Assembly: GCF_001949145.1 (NCBI RefSeq)
Contig: NW_019091355.1
Span: 119,720 to 183,719 of the forward strand
From: Acanthaster planci
Lineage: Eukaryota
Length of the DNA stretch: 64,000 nucleotides
Direction of reading: 5' to 3'
Both the position numbers and the translations under genes were made by a program. Positions 52,017 through 64,000 of the stretch are shown here, in pieces. The notes beneath the pieces are model-generated. The model searched no databases. It was not told the DNA's origin and was given only the letters and a program-made list of their open reading frames with translations. Within the stretch, counting starts at the first letter, position 1; every line of letters begins with the position of its first letter.

Positions 52017-55000
52017 CTACTCTTGGGTGGTTCCTGTGCCCATCCGCTGAGGGTCTTGTGATGGGTAATGAACAGCTTGCCCAGGGGGAGGCAGTCCCAT
52101 TGGTGGTCTGATCCCAGGGGGAGGAGGTCTGACCCCCGGGGGTGGTGGCCTTACCCCTGGAGGTGGGGGACGCGCTCCAGGATGGAATGGAGGTGGACCA
52201 CGGTAACCAGGTAGTGCAGGGAAGCCTGGGGGAGGGAAATCAAAAGCTGCAAAAAAAGAGCAAAGCATGGAATGAATTTCAATTTATGACAGAAATTTCT
52301 ACTATCATCCTTCTGCCCTTCCCATACATCTACACATAAAATTCTGATTTAAGGGATTTGGAATTGAGCTAGTGATGAATTCTGTATCACCGGGCATGTT
52401 TTCACTGGTCAAAAAATAAAACTGCATTTTCTCAAGATTTATAAATTCCAACACGTTGAAGAATTCCGGTCCACAGCATCTAACATAGATGATGATACCT
52501 CTTTTTAAAATCCATGGAGTGAATTTTCAGCGGGGACTTCTTGATTGAAAACATGTTCCTTAAATTTCCTTGGCATGCTACGGGATTTCATTCACAGGTA
52601 GGTTTTCATGACCATAATTCAACATTTGTCACTTTGTAGAGCATGTGTTCAGCTGACTGGGGGTACAGGTGCCACTACACTTGTACCTACCTCCTGGTGG
52701 TGGTGGCTGTTGATGATGCATCATACGAGGTGGTGGACCCCTTGTTAATCTCCCAGGGGGACCCCCTAGGGGACCCATGGGTCCTACAGGGCCTCCTGGC
52801 AATGGGGGTAGCTGGGAATCATCCTGGTCAAGATTGAAGAAATTACTTGGTTGTGATCCGTCAGCTGGCATGGGTGGCATTGGCAGAGCTGCAAACACAG
52901 CATGACGTGAAGATTTAGACTATACACGTGTTACATGCCAAATCACTGGCAATATGTGGTACCCTCTTGTCCAAAGGATCTATTACACAATGTTTGTTGC
53001 TCTCTGTACTTATTACACTGTAGTTGATTATTACAGTTAATTTCTTGAGGGAAAACAAACTTCTCTACCTGCACATTCCCAGTGCTTGTTAGAACCATTT
53101 CCAACATTTCAACAATCTGTCATTTATGCATGACTTTGACCCCAATGAATATACATGTGCTGAAAATGCTACTAAATTTTTATATTCTTGGGGTGGCATC
53201 CAATCACTCATTTTTCCCACAGATGTAGTAGGAATTCCATTATTTTACGCCAGAGTAGAAACTGAATGAAGGGGATCAGACTATGCATGAAACAACCGTC
53301 TCTTTGCCCTTGTGTTCTAAAAAAACAGAGAATCCAGCAAAAGATGGCTCTTTAAAACTTGATTGCACTGCACTGCCCTGGTTTGTACTCACCCCCTGGT
53401 AATCCAGGCACTGGTTCATACTGTGGCTCTTTGCCCCCTTCTATGTTCTTGACAGCAACACCTTGCTGACCTTGGGACTTCCCCCACTTGACATTTAACC
53501 TCCGACCTTTCAGAATCAGTTTCTGGAAGGATTTTTCAGCAGCCTGTTCAGCAGCAGTGCGAGTTGTGAATGTTACAAAGGCGCACTGCTGCTTCTGGAC
53601 AACATTAATAGACCGAATCTCTCCAAACTGATAAAAGTGATTCCTAAACAGAAAAAAACAATGAAATAAAAATTCACTTGAATAACTCTACCTGAATACC
53701 AATGGAATATAAATCACTTGCTCTCACTACACATTCTACAGCACTCCTGTACATTGCAATCTCATGGAACATCTGAAAAAAGATACTGAGATGCAATGTT
53801 ATTTACAGCCACATGTTCGTGTAATCTGCCCTGCGTCAAAGTGTACCCTCACCGGCAAAAGAAAGAGACTGCTACCAAGGTTTACAAGCCGGTTCCTGCA
53901 CGTGTTCAGCGTGCACACAAAAACCTGACATTCTAGAGTAAATTTGTTGCGCATACTCAGCATGCTTTTGTTCCCGCTCAAAGCGGATAACAAGCTTCTG
54001 ATTCACAAAAACAAGTCATGCACTAACAAATTCTTTGTCTTTGTATGCTCTATCATCAATGATGGCTTTACCTTAGATTTTCTTCTGTGACTTTATCCCC
54101 TAGGCCACCCACATAAAGTGTAGTCACCGTCTTGTCATCAGGAGGTTCTAGCTTGGGCATGGTATCAGCGCGCCGCATTAACTTCTCAGCAACAGGATCA
54201 TTTGTGCCATAGAAACGATCTTTGATGTTCTGATCTGCTAGTGGATCATCTGGATCTGTTGGTCTCTCATGTCTAACAAAGATATGGAAAAACAAGATCT
54301 GACATGGTTTTTCACGTGATTCACTTGTACCATCATTCTACATTTGAAATAAGATTTATTACCACACTCACTGCTATGTTTCCAAGTAAGACATCTACAC
54401 TGAAATGAAGCCAATACTGTTGGCTCACATTGGATTACACAGGGACAAAGACAAGGCTATGGGGTCAGAAATTTATGGAATGAAGATGTAATTAGTATAC
54501 CTGTATGGACACTCTTCTCCTCGTCGGCATTCACCTTTGACCCAGAAAGAACAGATGTGGGGTCTGTTGCGTTTGTAGTAGGGAGTAGTTCTAGCCAGCT
54601 TCATGAGAAGATCACTAGGGGCTTGTGCCTTGCCAACTGCACCCGCTGCTTGCACCCCGTCAATATTGGCAATCTAGGAAGGAGAAAAATAAGACCCTGT
54701 ACAACTGTTCTTCAAGACAGAGTTGTGTTCCAGTCCTCCACCTAGAGCTCTTATTCCAAATCACCATTATGCATTGTTTGGAGTTCATTTTGGCCTTCTT
54801 AATGGGTACTAGTGACAGCTATATTCCTTTGAGCTCTCCTTAAGTAGACTTTAACCAGTCACCCAAGGCCACCACTTCCATGTCAAAAGCTGCACTGGGA
54901 AGTAATACATGTACATGAGCATGAAATAACTCTATGGTGTGACTAATGATGTATGCACTGCATGTGTAAGCTTTCATCTCAATACTTGGCTACCCATAAT

Positions 55001-57939
55001 GTTGCGCAGTTTCTTCTCACCATTTTATGAAAAATATTAGCCATCAGCTAAATGAGCAAGGCAGTGAGTACAACCCAAGTAAGATGATCAACTGTGAGTT
55101 CTATGAGGACCAAGTGTTCCAATGCTTGTATGAAGATACCAAGTTTAGATGCCATGTAGCGGAAAGCACTGCTGTCATTGTATACATCGGGAAAATCACC
55201 AATGCACTCCCTCGTGCATTTTGTTACTTTGGAAATTTCTTGACAGGTTACTGCCTGGCTAAATGTAAATAACTTGGATGGCTTGTACATGTACCTGTCT
55301 CTCGATATTCTGTGAGTAGTACTCCTTGTTTACTTCTGACTTAGGCATTTCATCTTTGATGTTCAATGCAGCATCTCTGACTTGAATGGGAAGTCCTGCA
55401 ATCAAAGATAAAATTTGAACGTGTGTAATTTATAGGTAGTTCAAATAGGAAAAAAATCCACTTCAAGCATTATGGCAACAGACTATGGTTAGCTGAAGTG
55501 ACAACTAATTCATATCAAGAGCTGAGGATCGCAGGTTAACCGATAGCACCTAAGGATTTATTGAGTTTCTTTATGTGTGAAGTACAATGTTGGTTCTAGT
55601 CTAGTAAGGGCGTCATTGAAACCTTACCATATTCAAGATCCAGTAAACATGTTTGGCAGACATTCTTGATCTTACTGCATGTCTGGCAAATTTCTGTCTT
55701 CTTGAATCGCATACGAGCACCAGGACACCAGCGGAAGATGGTGAAAGGTCGATCACAAATCTTGCATTCACGGCCAAACTTTTCTTTGGTCTAACAAAAG
55801 TCACAAAACAAAAGAAGTATTAAGCAGCACGGGCAGACAGTACTTGAATGAATTCATCAACCTCTCTGAATTTGAAGCCTGTATTTCAAGTATATTGAAG
55901 AGGTGAAAGTACAACCCCACAAGTTCAACTTTCTTCAAGATGTGACATGTTGATTTGGTTCAGTGCAAAGCATCTGTGGTTAGTTTTATTGCACAGTTTT
56001 TGTGCAGAAAGGCTCCAAGCAAAATGGCAACAAAGAGTAAGAAAGTACACTATCCATGACACACTTGGATTGTAACTGCCATAGTGCAATGGATTCATGA
56101 GTACCACAATGAACTATTCCATGGAGTACATATCTGCTCAAAAGGGGGTTATTGTTCACACTACAGACATCATACACACAGGAGAAAGTGGGCACAAGTC
56201 AATGCATCCACATGCAGAGGGATAGTTTGCTTTTATTAAACTATCATGTCATCTATTTACATGTACTACATGCAATAAACTTTACAGCTATTTGGTTACC
56301 CTAAGTCCCTAGGGACCAATGAAATCATGCATATATGCTTGTTGGATTCAGAATAGTTAAAATAAATGCATCAGAAAATGTCTTACCATGCGAATGTAGG
56401 GGTTATCTCCTAGGCATGTCTGGCATAGAATCGGGAAGTCCTATCATAGATGGGGAAACAGATTTGATGAAAGATTTAATAATCAAATCAAACATTTGAC
56501 AACTGCATTTTACTTGTACAGTCCACCCTGAGCTGAAGTGCACCGTCACCAGCGAGAGAAAAACAGACGAAACTACGTTTTCCAACCGGGTTCTTGCACT
56601 TGTTTGGCTTGCATACGAAGGCCATATATTCCAGACTAAATTCATTGTACATACTCAGCGCGCATAAGCTTGTACCCCCATGCGGTAAGTGCATACCATC
56701 AATTTCATTTCAAAACAGGCCCTTTTTTGTTCCTGCTCGGAGCAGATATTTATTAGGTTCATCTCACAGCTTTGCAACATCAACGAAGCCACAACATTCC
56801 TTGCTCTAGATCTCATGTTTCAGACAATAAGCAGGATAAGATTAAGATGATTATATGCCATTCACCCAAAAGACAGTGATAGTGTTGGTTTACTTCTCAT
56901 GTTAGGTTGGAGTCCTCCAAGATACTTACAGCAACCTGACACTAGAGAACTGGTACCTGACATGCCTGAGGTTTCTACTGCTAACATTTTGCACATGTAG
57001 GAGCCAGGATTTTGAAGTTGTAGTACTCTGGATACAATCTGAGACCTTTCAGAATTACCGATATGACTGCTAAACCATAGACATGATGGAGGAATAAGAA
57101 GGAAACTGTTTACTTTGGACTCCAACTTTTTTCTTGACAAAAGTTAATTCTGGATCCTGCCGCCACATCCCTACTTGCCACAAACATGACAAACTTCCCC
57201 ATGTCCACTTCATCCCATCAGTCATGTCGGTGGTAATTGAGTTAAGTTTTCATTTTAACCTTGTACCCGAGTAACCAGTCATTCCAGGGGTCATTTTCAG
57301 AGTGGTGGGGTATTCTGCAATTACTCCTCCTTTTTATCTGACATGTTTAAACAGAATTCCATCCTGTCCATTCACAATTCAGCCATGTCAGCTTGCCAAA
57401 ACAAATCTGACTGAGGAGAGTTGTTATTAAAATTTTATATTTTTAGAACTTGGTGATCCAACAAAAGACCTAGTGTCAAGCGAGGGAAGATATTTACAGC
57501 TGTGACGTTAGTAATGGGCCGTCACACTGGTCATGCTTCGCTAAAACGTGCGAATGAACTTTGTAGTCTTTGAGCATGTCGAGTGCTAGCTGACTAGGCA
57601 TGATCATGATCGATAGCATGTACATGAAGCCTTAGGGCCTAGCCCTATAGGCTATATATATTACACGGGTGATGTTCTTTCCCACGATGCCTTTCTAACG
57701 TGCAAAATCACCCATCCATGCATGCATGGCACGGCTTATGCCATCGCATGGCGTAGGCTACCGTACGCAAATCATCAACATTACATAAACAAATGCTACA
57801 GACTGTGCCAAAATAGATAAATGTTAACATAGCTACTGCTGATTACTACCATGAATATGGCATAACTACTGAAAATAACGCTTACTGCTTCCTCCCAATT
57901 TTGACGATTGTACGTGTTCGTGCTTTTGCTCGCCGCCAT
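52017..57939 (-). CDS. RBM22: Pre-mRNA-splicing factor RBM22 (Cwc2/Slt11 family)
   Basis: Exons: 57939-57886 ([18 protein letters not shown]), 56440-56387 ([18 protein letters not shown]), 55790-55628 ([29 protein letters not shown]), 55395-55295, 54673-54501 ([36 protein letters not shown] finger), 54272-54072, 53643-53393 (RRM), 52888-52691, 52246-52017 (Pro-rich, [14 protein letters not shown]). Confidence 0.97.
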
Positions 57940-60845
57940 TTTATTACGCTTGATACATTAAACTGCGCCCTCTGACGACGACGACAAAATAATGTTTACG
58001 CGAAAACGGTGGCACGCGGCTTGGTCGAACGTTGTTTCAAAAAAAAAAAAAAACTGGCTCCATTAGTTTCGAAAAACGGCGCCCTGTGGTTATGCATTAT
58101 TCATATTTCATATGTAGGTTCACTTTATTTTCCACATAAGGCCTAGGGTGGAGGATAGTCCCTAAAAAGCAACGCTTGTCGAGTAAGGACTACATTCCAA
58201 GGCTTCAAAGAGTGCTAGTGGTTATTGGTTGTAAGATGAAACATTTATTTCAATGCTGTCATTCTTTACAATAAGCAAACATGATTCACATTCTCTGAGT
58301 ACTGAATACTACAGACCTAATTCTCCTTTCGAGGTTCGAATCCACTCTGTTGTTATATACCTGTACGAACATCTCTTTTTTGAGGAACAAGTGGAATTAG
58401 TGGAATTGGGTCCAAAAAGTGGAAACATTAGCAGTGATCTGTTTGAAAGCGCCCTCTAGGCTCTTACTACATACATGTACAAGAATGCGGAAACATTAAA
58501 ACACTGTTTAGAGTCTTGTATACCAGAGTTCTCTTAAAGCAGTACTTCGTTTGTATCATATTCGCAAACTTGTCACGATTGCTGTCATCCATCATCTGAT
58601 TCCTGCTGTCTACAGCTCAGAACATGATTCATTTATTTCTTATAGCGATTATTTACAAGGTTCTGCCTATGACACTGACAAAAAAATTAACAGGTGTTTT
58701 AGTTTTAGTACATTGTAAAGATTCAATGTACATTTTGCACATTCAATGTTCAAAGAATAAGATCGGTTTAGTTTTACCCCTTGAAAGCAGCGCCCTCGAG
58801 GAAAGAAGAGGATTATTGGTTAAGGCCAGGAAAATTGGGAAGGAAAACCTTTAGGTTAATTAGATGATTGCTATGACGGAAGATATGTGAGAAAGGTGAA
58901 AAAGTATATGCCTAAACCAAATAAGCCTCCTCTGCCGACACTTTGCTCATAACCACACCGTATATTAATCTGTTGGTGGCATACACGTTGTAGGCCTACA
59001 GATGTAACTGCAACAAATGGATTCTCAGTAAGACCTGTTAAGTACCTTCATTTTGTGCTTGGCGCCATCAACGGGGAAGCACAACGTAATTTTCCTCCGA
59101 ATAGAACTATTTTGTTTAACGATGGTTATAAATAATTCAGTGTGTGTATGAAAGCTACCCACAATACTTCATAGTGTTTCGGAGCAGCAGACAAAACTAC
59201 CATATGCGAATTTCTTTTATAGGCGCAGTTGGTGGCGTGCTTTTCACAATAAAACCAACATTTCGAGAGAATTACGAGATTACAAGGAATAGCCTGATCC
59301 AAAAAGATGTACACCAAAAAAAAAAACGTCCTTTTATGGTGATGCTACGTGCAAACGTGTTTAAATATTTATAGAATGGTGGAAATCTGATGTGTTACGG
59401 TGGCATTTCAAACGTTTGATCTGTAGTGTTCTAACTTGTGAATTGTGCATAATTTCACATTTGTTTTTACTTTCAAAGAAAGGAATAACAAATGCAGTTT
59501 CATACAATTCAGATATTCCAAGTCCTTCCCTTTTTACTCACAACTCGCGTGCCAGACAACCCCTTGAAGTATTGAGGCAGCACTATTTGCATTTCGGTTA
59601 CTGATTAACACTGCCCGCATTGTACACAATGGCATTGTCTAAAACTGGTACTCGCTACTCACATCACGCGTACGGTTGCGTTGAGAAACTGAATACAACG
59701 AACTGAATAATATCCTGCAACTAATACGGCTTTATGATAACATTCTACGGGCGACGAGAAACGAACAGTCGGTACCCAGCACTGATAATCAAACGGTCAA
59801 AGTACGGTTTGTACGATTGGGTGTGTTATACTTCAGTTTCATAGCAGTTTCATTGGCCCTTGGACCCTACCGGATAACGTCAAGTAGTTTCTGCAAAAAT
59901 ATGCAATCGTCAGATTTTTGTACGTCAAAATTCATATGACTTCACAGGTTTTGCTGACTGTTATTACAGTGCGTATACATTTCTTATCATAGTGAACACA
60001 TCCTGGATTTATTAATTGCTTGCGAAAGGATTAGTTCTACTCCATAGCAGAGCGGGAGAAGTAATATTGCTGTCTTCATATACGTAAGTACCATGTCCGT
60101 CTATAAGGTAACTCTATTTTAGTCTTTTTATGCACATGCAAGATGTCCGAGGACTTCTTGCTCTTTCTTTTCAGCAATACTCGCCCATTTTGGTATGATA
60201 ATTATATACCAAAAATGGGCAAATATTACCACAACATTCCATATGCATGTATTACGTTGGAGTGGTGAAGCTGGGAGACATTTTACAGGGATCATTTGTA
60301 GGCTCTCGTTTTCCGGAAGAGGCACTCAGTGGTTTCAGTCACAATTAAAACATTTACAAAAGCGGAATATAGTTATATCTTCTATAATACCTGGGGGTGC
60401 ACACGGGGGTTCATCAAGCCTTGAGCGGGGATAGGAACGTACCCGGCCTCCTGCCCCCCTCGTTACGCCGCCATCGCGGTGACTGTATCAGCATTCCATC
60501 TTTAGAGTGAACAAACAAAATTGAAGGATCACAGCCCCAAAATGTGTTCATTAACTGTAACAATTCAGCTGTATCGATATGCTCCTTTTTGCTCAGCAGT
60601 ACCGAATGTTTTCTGCGGTTCATTCAAATGGGGGAAATAATGAAGTTACGTGATATTAAAAACAACATGCCTAATTATGCATGCCATTAAACCCCTTCAT
60701 GCCTGTTATTTGTTCTTACATTGCTTCCGTTTGAATGGGATAATGGCGTCAGTTCCTGCATAAACATTTTTCTTACTGTTATCGACCGGTCGACTATGAA
60801 GTATACATTGAATGTTAGACATTTTCTAATTTCTGTAGTGAGAAT

Positions 60846-63731
60846 ATGACGCGTATGTGGTGGGCACAGTTCTTTGTACTAGTGCAACTTACACAGCTTG
60901 GTAAGTTTTAATAAATACCTGCATAGGCTGAGGATAAATAAATGAGTATGATGTGGAATGATTTCTTTTCCATGATATGCACACACTTTCTCTTCGTATC
61001 AAATACTCTCCAGTTGTATTGTTAGAAATGTTATGTTAGTGCCAGAGGGGTTATGGATGTTTATGCCACATAATGACACAGTACATGAGTATAGAGCAAA
61101 ATACGACAGTACTAATCGTTGATTGTTCATGTTAAAAATATCCTTATTCTCAAATTGCCTTAAATAGAATGCAAGAGAAAGTATCAGAGATTTCAGTGTT
61201 TTCTCATTACTTTATATCACTCCACCCATTTCCTTAAATGTGGCTCCCTCCTACATAGTTGTCAACATTATTTATTTACCTCATTGTTTTTCCCTGTAAA
61301 ATATCTATTATTTTTCATTAGGCCTATCCGTAGAGTAATCAAATTGATACTTGCATCTTGAATACATTTGTATCAATGTGACAGCTTTATTTATTTCATT
61401 TAGAACAGTATAACTGATACTTAGACCTTACTAAATCTTAATGGGAATTACTTATACTTTGAGTCCTGGACTTGGTGTTCTGCATATCTTTCCCTTTGCA
61501 GTGACTACCCGTCCACCGGAGTTCCGATGTCAAGACGATTTTGACGGTATTGGTCCCAATTGCGATGGCACTTATGAGTATCGCGATATGAACAAATTTC
61601 AGATAGAGGAAACAACTGAAGGTGATTTTTTGGTTAATTAATAATACATCATGGTTGGATTATCATTAACATGTCATTAACTTGAGACTCACATCTTGCT
61701 TGAACGTTCGCTGAAACGTTGAGTAAGAAGGGTTTCTGCAGTGAAACCTATGCAAACTCAACTCAGCTTCTTTTATGTCCATGCATGGGTACGATGTTAA
61801 AATATGATTTGGAAACACGCCTTGGAAACAGAACCCATTTGTGCCCTAACACAACGCCGCTCGTGGACAGGTGCTAAGTACACGCGTAGCTAAAGTTCTA
61901 CTAATCGCCCATAGAAAATAAAATTGAAGATAAACAGCGCAGACCGGCCAGAAAAAAAGTTGGCCATGTGTCTTTTTTTGAAAGTCAATTTTATGATTTT
62001 TTCAGTTTCACTTTTTCACTTTTGGCTACGTCATTTTTTGGATGTCGGACAACTCGACCGTTTGCCAAGTCTTCCGTTAAGACAACTCGATTTTGACAGA
62101 GAGGCAACTCGACCCGTGAGATGTACACACAATACAGCCGTTTTCTCAGTGTCGGATCGCAAAAATTATTCAGTCAGATTGCAGCTTCAAATAATCCCCA
62201 AATTCCGATAAAATGATCTAATTCCGGTTAAAAGTTCCCCTTGTGCGTTTGGGTTACTAAAAAAATATTTGCGAATTTTCTAACGTACAGGATCAAAGAA
62301 AGTGACGGACGGAATTTTAAAAATCATTCCGATTAAACAGACATTAGATGCGAAAGTGAATTTTGAGTATGGAAAAAAGGATTTGGGATCACACGAAGGG
62401 AGTGACATATCGCCCTGTAAATACTTGTCGATTTATTTCGCTTCAATGATTTTTGATAAACTGTTCAAAAATTTCGAAGTGCGAATCGGAAATCGACCAA
62501 ATTTCTTTTCTAGAAATTTTCCGAGAACAAGTTTGTATAAGAAGAAGCTTGCATTTCATCTTTTAAACAGAACTTGTCTGAGAATGGAAAACTAAAGAAC
62601 AGCATAAAGAAGGTATGTTTTCATCCGGAACTAGGAAAAATTTGGAACTAGGCCTAAGTCGGTAGATCAGCGCAGGTGCAAGATATCGATAGATCGATCG
62701 CGCAAAGATTAACTTACTGCCAGCGCCATTTTTATAATACATGTACCTCAGAAATTTGGCTTGTCTATCTACTACGTGAAATTTCATCCCATTATTAAGA
62801 TATAGTATTTCACACGGTCGTCTCAGCAGACGACTTGGCTGAGCAGACAACTTATCTCAATGGACGGCTTGTTTCAAGGTCGACTTGTCTCCTTTTTACG
62901 CATGGTCAGTCGAGTTGTCTTTACGGTACAGTTGTCTTAACGGTCGGGTAGTCCGACGTCGAGTTAGTAAACGGTCGAGTTGTCCGGACCACGACCGCGC
63001 ACATGAGCATGGTGCAACCACTAATAGGAGATTCATGAGACACTTGATTGTGGCAGTGAAGGGGTAGGGCAACTGGCCATTTGGGGTCACATGTTTTTGC
63101 TGTCACCAAGTATCTGAAAGTGCCTCACTATATAGCGTCTTCTCAGATTCACGTATTCATGTACGTTATTCCTTTTGGGGTGTTCTTTTTTGAGTTCTGC
63201 CTTCAATGCAAATAAAAATATGCAGTGGTCCGTTTTTATGAAAAAAAATACTTTTACTTGCCTTTCCCTTTGCAGTGAATAAATTACTCTATACTCTAGA
63301 GGCTTTTGACCCTGATGGTACGGCAGTCAGTTACGACATTGTTTCATACACTGCGGATACGAATCCATACGAAGAAGATGGTTTCGGTTACATCAATGTT
63401 GATCGAACAACAGGAAACGTATCGACAAAAGCCGAAATTGATTATGAGGTACGCCATTCTTTAAAAGTACTGGTATACCCCATTATAACACGCCTAATAT
63501 GAAATAGAATACGGACCTACTTGGCGGTTGAGATGAGCAAAAGTTAGTAATGGGATTTCCCAATATCCATTTGATATTTCACACTTTCAATATGACCAAG
63601 AGGACAAATAAAAGTCTACTTGAATGGTAAAATGCTAAAATTATTTGAAAAGTTAACCGTGCGTTTGTATTTTTCAGGCTGTGCATCTTTTATGGATTAG
63701 ATGGAAACTGACAGATAGTACCAGTGAAGAG
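60846..63731 (+). CDS. Cadherin-family protein, 5' part (signal peptide plus most of EC1; CDH23/Cad87A/CDHR-like), continuing beyond the window
   Basis: Exons: 60846-60900 (MTRMWWAQFFVLVQLTQL), 61502-61621 (TRPPEF...DMNKFQIEETTE), 63276-63448 (LLYTLEAFDPDG..VSYDI..INVDRTTGNVSTKAEIDYE) and 63678-63731. Cadherin motifs PxF, xEx, AxDPD, TGxV and (L/I)DYE are present. The subfamily is uncertain. Confidence 0.75.
62046..62986. mobile_element. Non-autonomous TIR element of about 940 bp in a cadherin intron
   Basis: A perfect 18-bp TIR (CGGACAACTCGACCGTTT at 62046-62063; AAACGGTCGAGTTGTCCG at 62969-62986), with subterminal CAACTCGA / TCGAGTTG repeats at both ends. Confidence 0.8.
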
Positions 63732-64000
63732 GTAGGGAACCTTTTGCACTGAGGACTTCAATTTTATTTTTTATTTCATTTCAGTTCTTGTTTCATTTTC
63801 GATCAAGGCCTCATGTCATGAGGCTAAAGTTTGTTAGAAAATATTGTCGGCCAGTTTTCTTGCCGAAGCAAATATCAGTGATGGAACAGAACTCTCCTCG
63901 TGTAGTTGATAATTTTCTTTGTTTAGCAAATTTTGTCCTGGTTGAGTAGTTCTACTAATTAAACCTTAAGGCTAAGAGTTTGTCACTTGTCGTTGGCAGC

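Overview
This is a eukaryotic, AT-rich window from an invertebrate-type animal genome, with spliceosomal GT-AG introns and three assembly gaps. I found no prokaryotic operons, CRISPR arrays, tRNA genes or rRNA genes. Splicing exons by hand gives seven protein-coding genes: PRIMPOL (+), RSAD1 (-), CDP-diacylglycerol synthase CDS1/2 (+), an unrecognised secreted two-Ig-domain plus coiled-coil protein (-), hnRNP H/F (+), RBM22 (-) and the 5' part of a cadherin (+). The non-coding DNA holds several MITEs with visible terminal inverted repeats (TIRs), a decayed LINE reverse-transcriptase fragment and simple repeats. Three observations stand out. First, an hnRNP H/F splicing cassette has a 139-nt frameshifting exon, a ~180-nt AG-free G-run-rich 3' splice region, a twin upstream acceptor, a weak GTGGGG donor and a downstream hairpin. 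It resembles the vertebrate HNRNPH1 exon-4 autoregulatory switch. Second, the secreted Ig/coiled-coil gene has NF-kB, ETS, C/EBP-ATF and IRF-like motifs clustered in its promoter. Third, an exact in-frame 117-bp duplication copies an hnRNP H donor site. All gene identities rest on recalled family motifs, not database searches.
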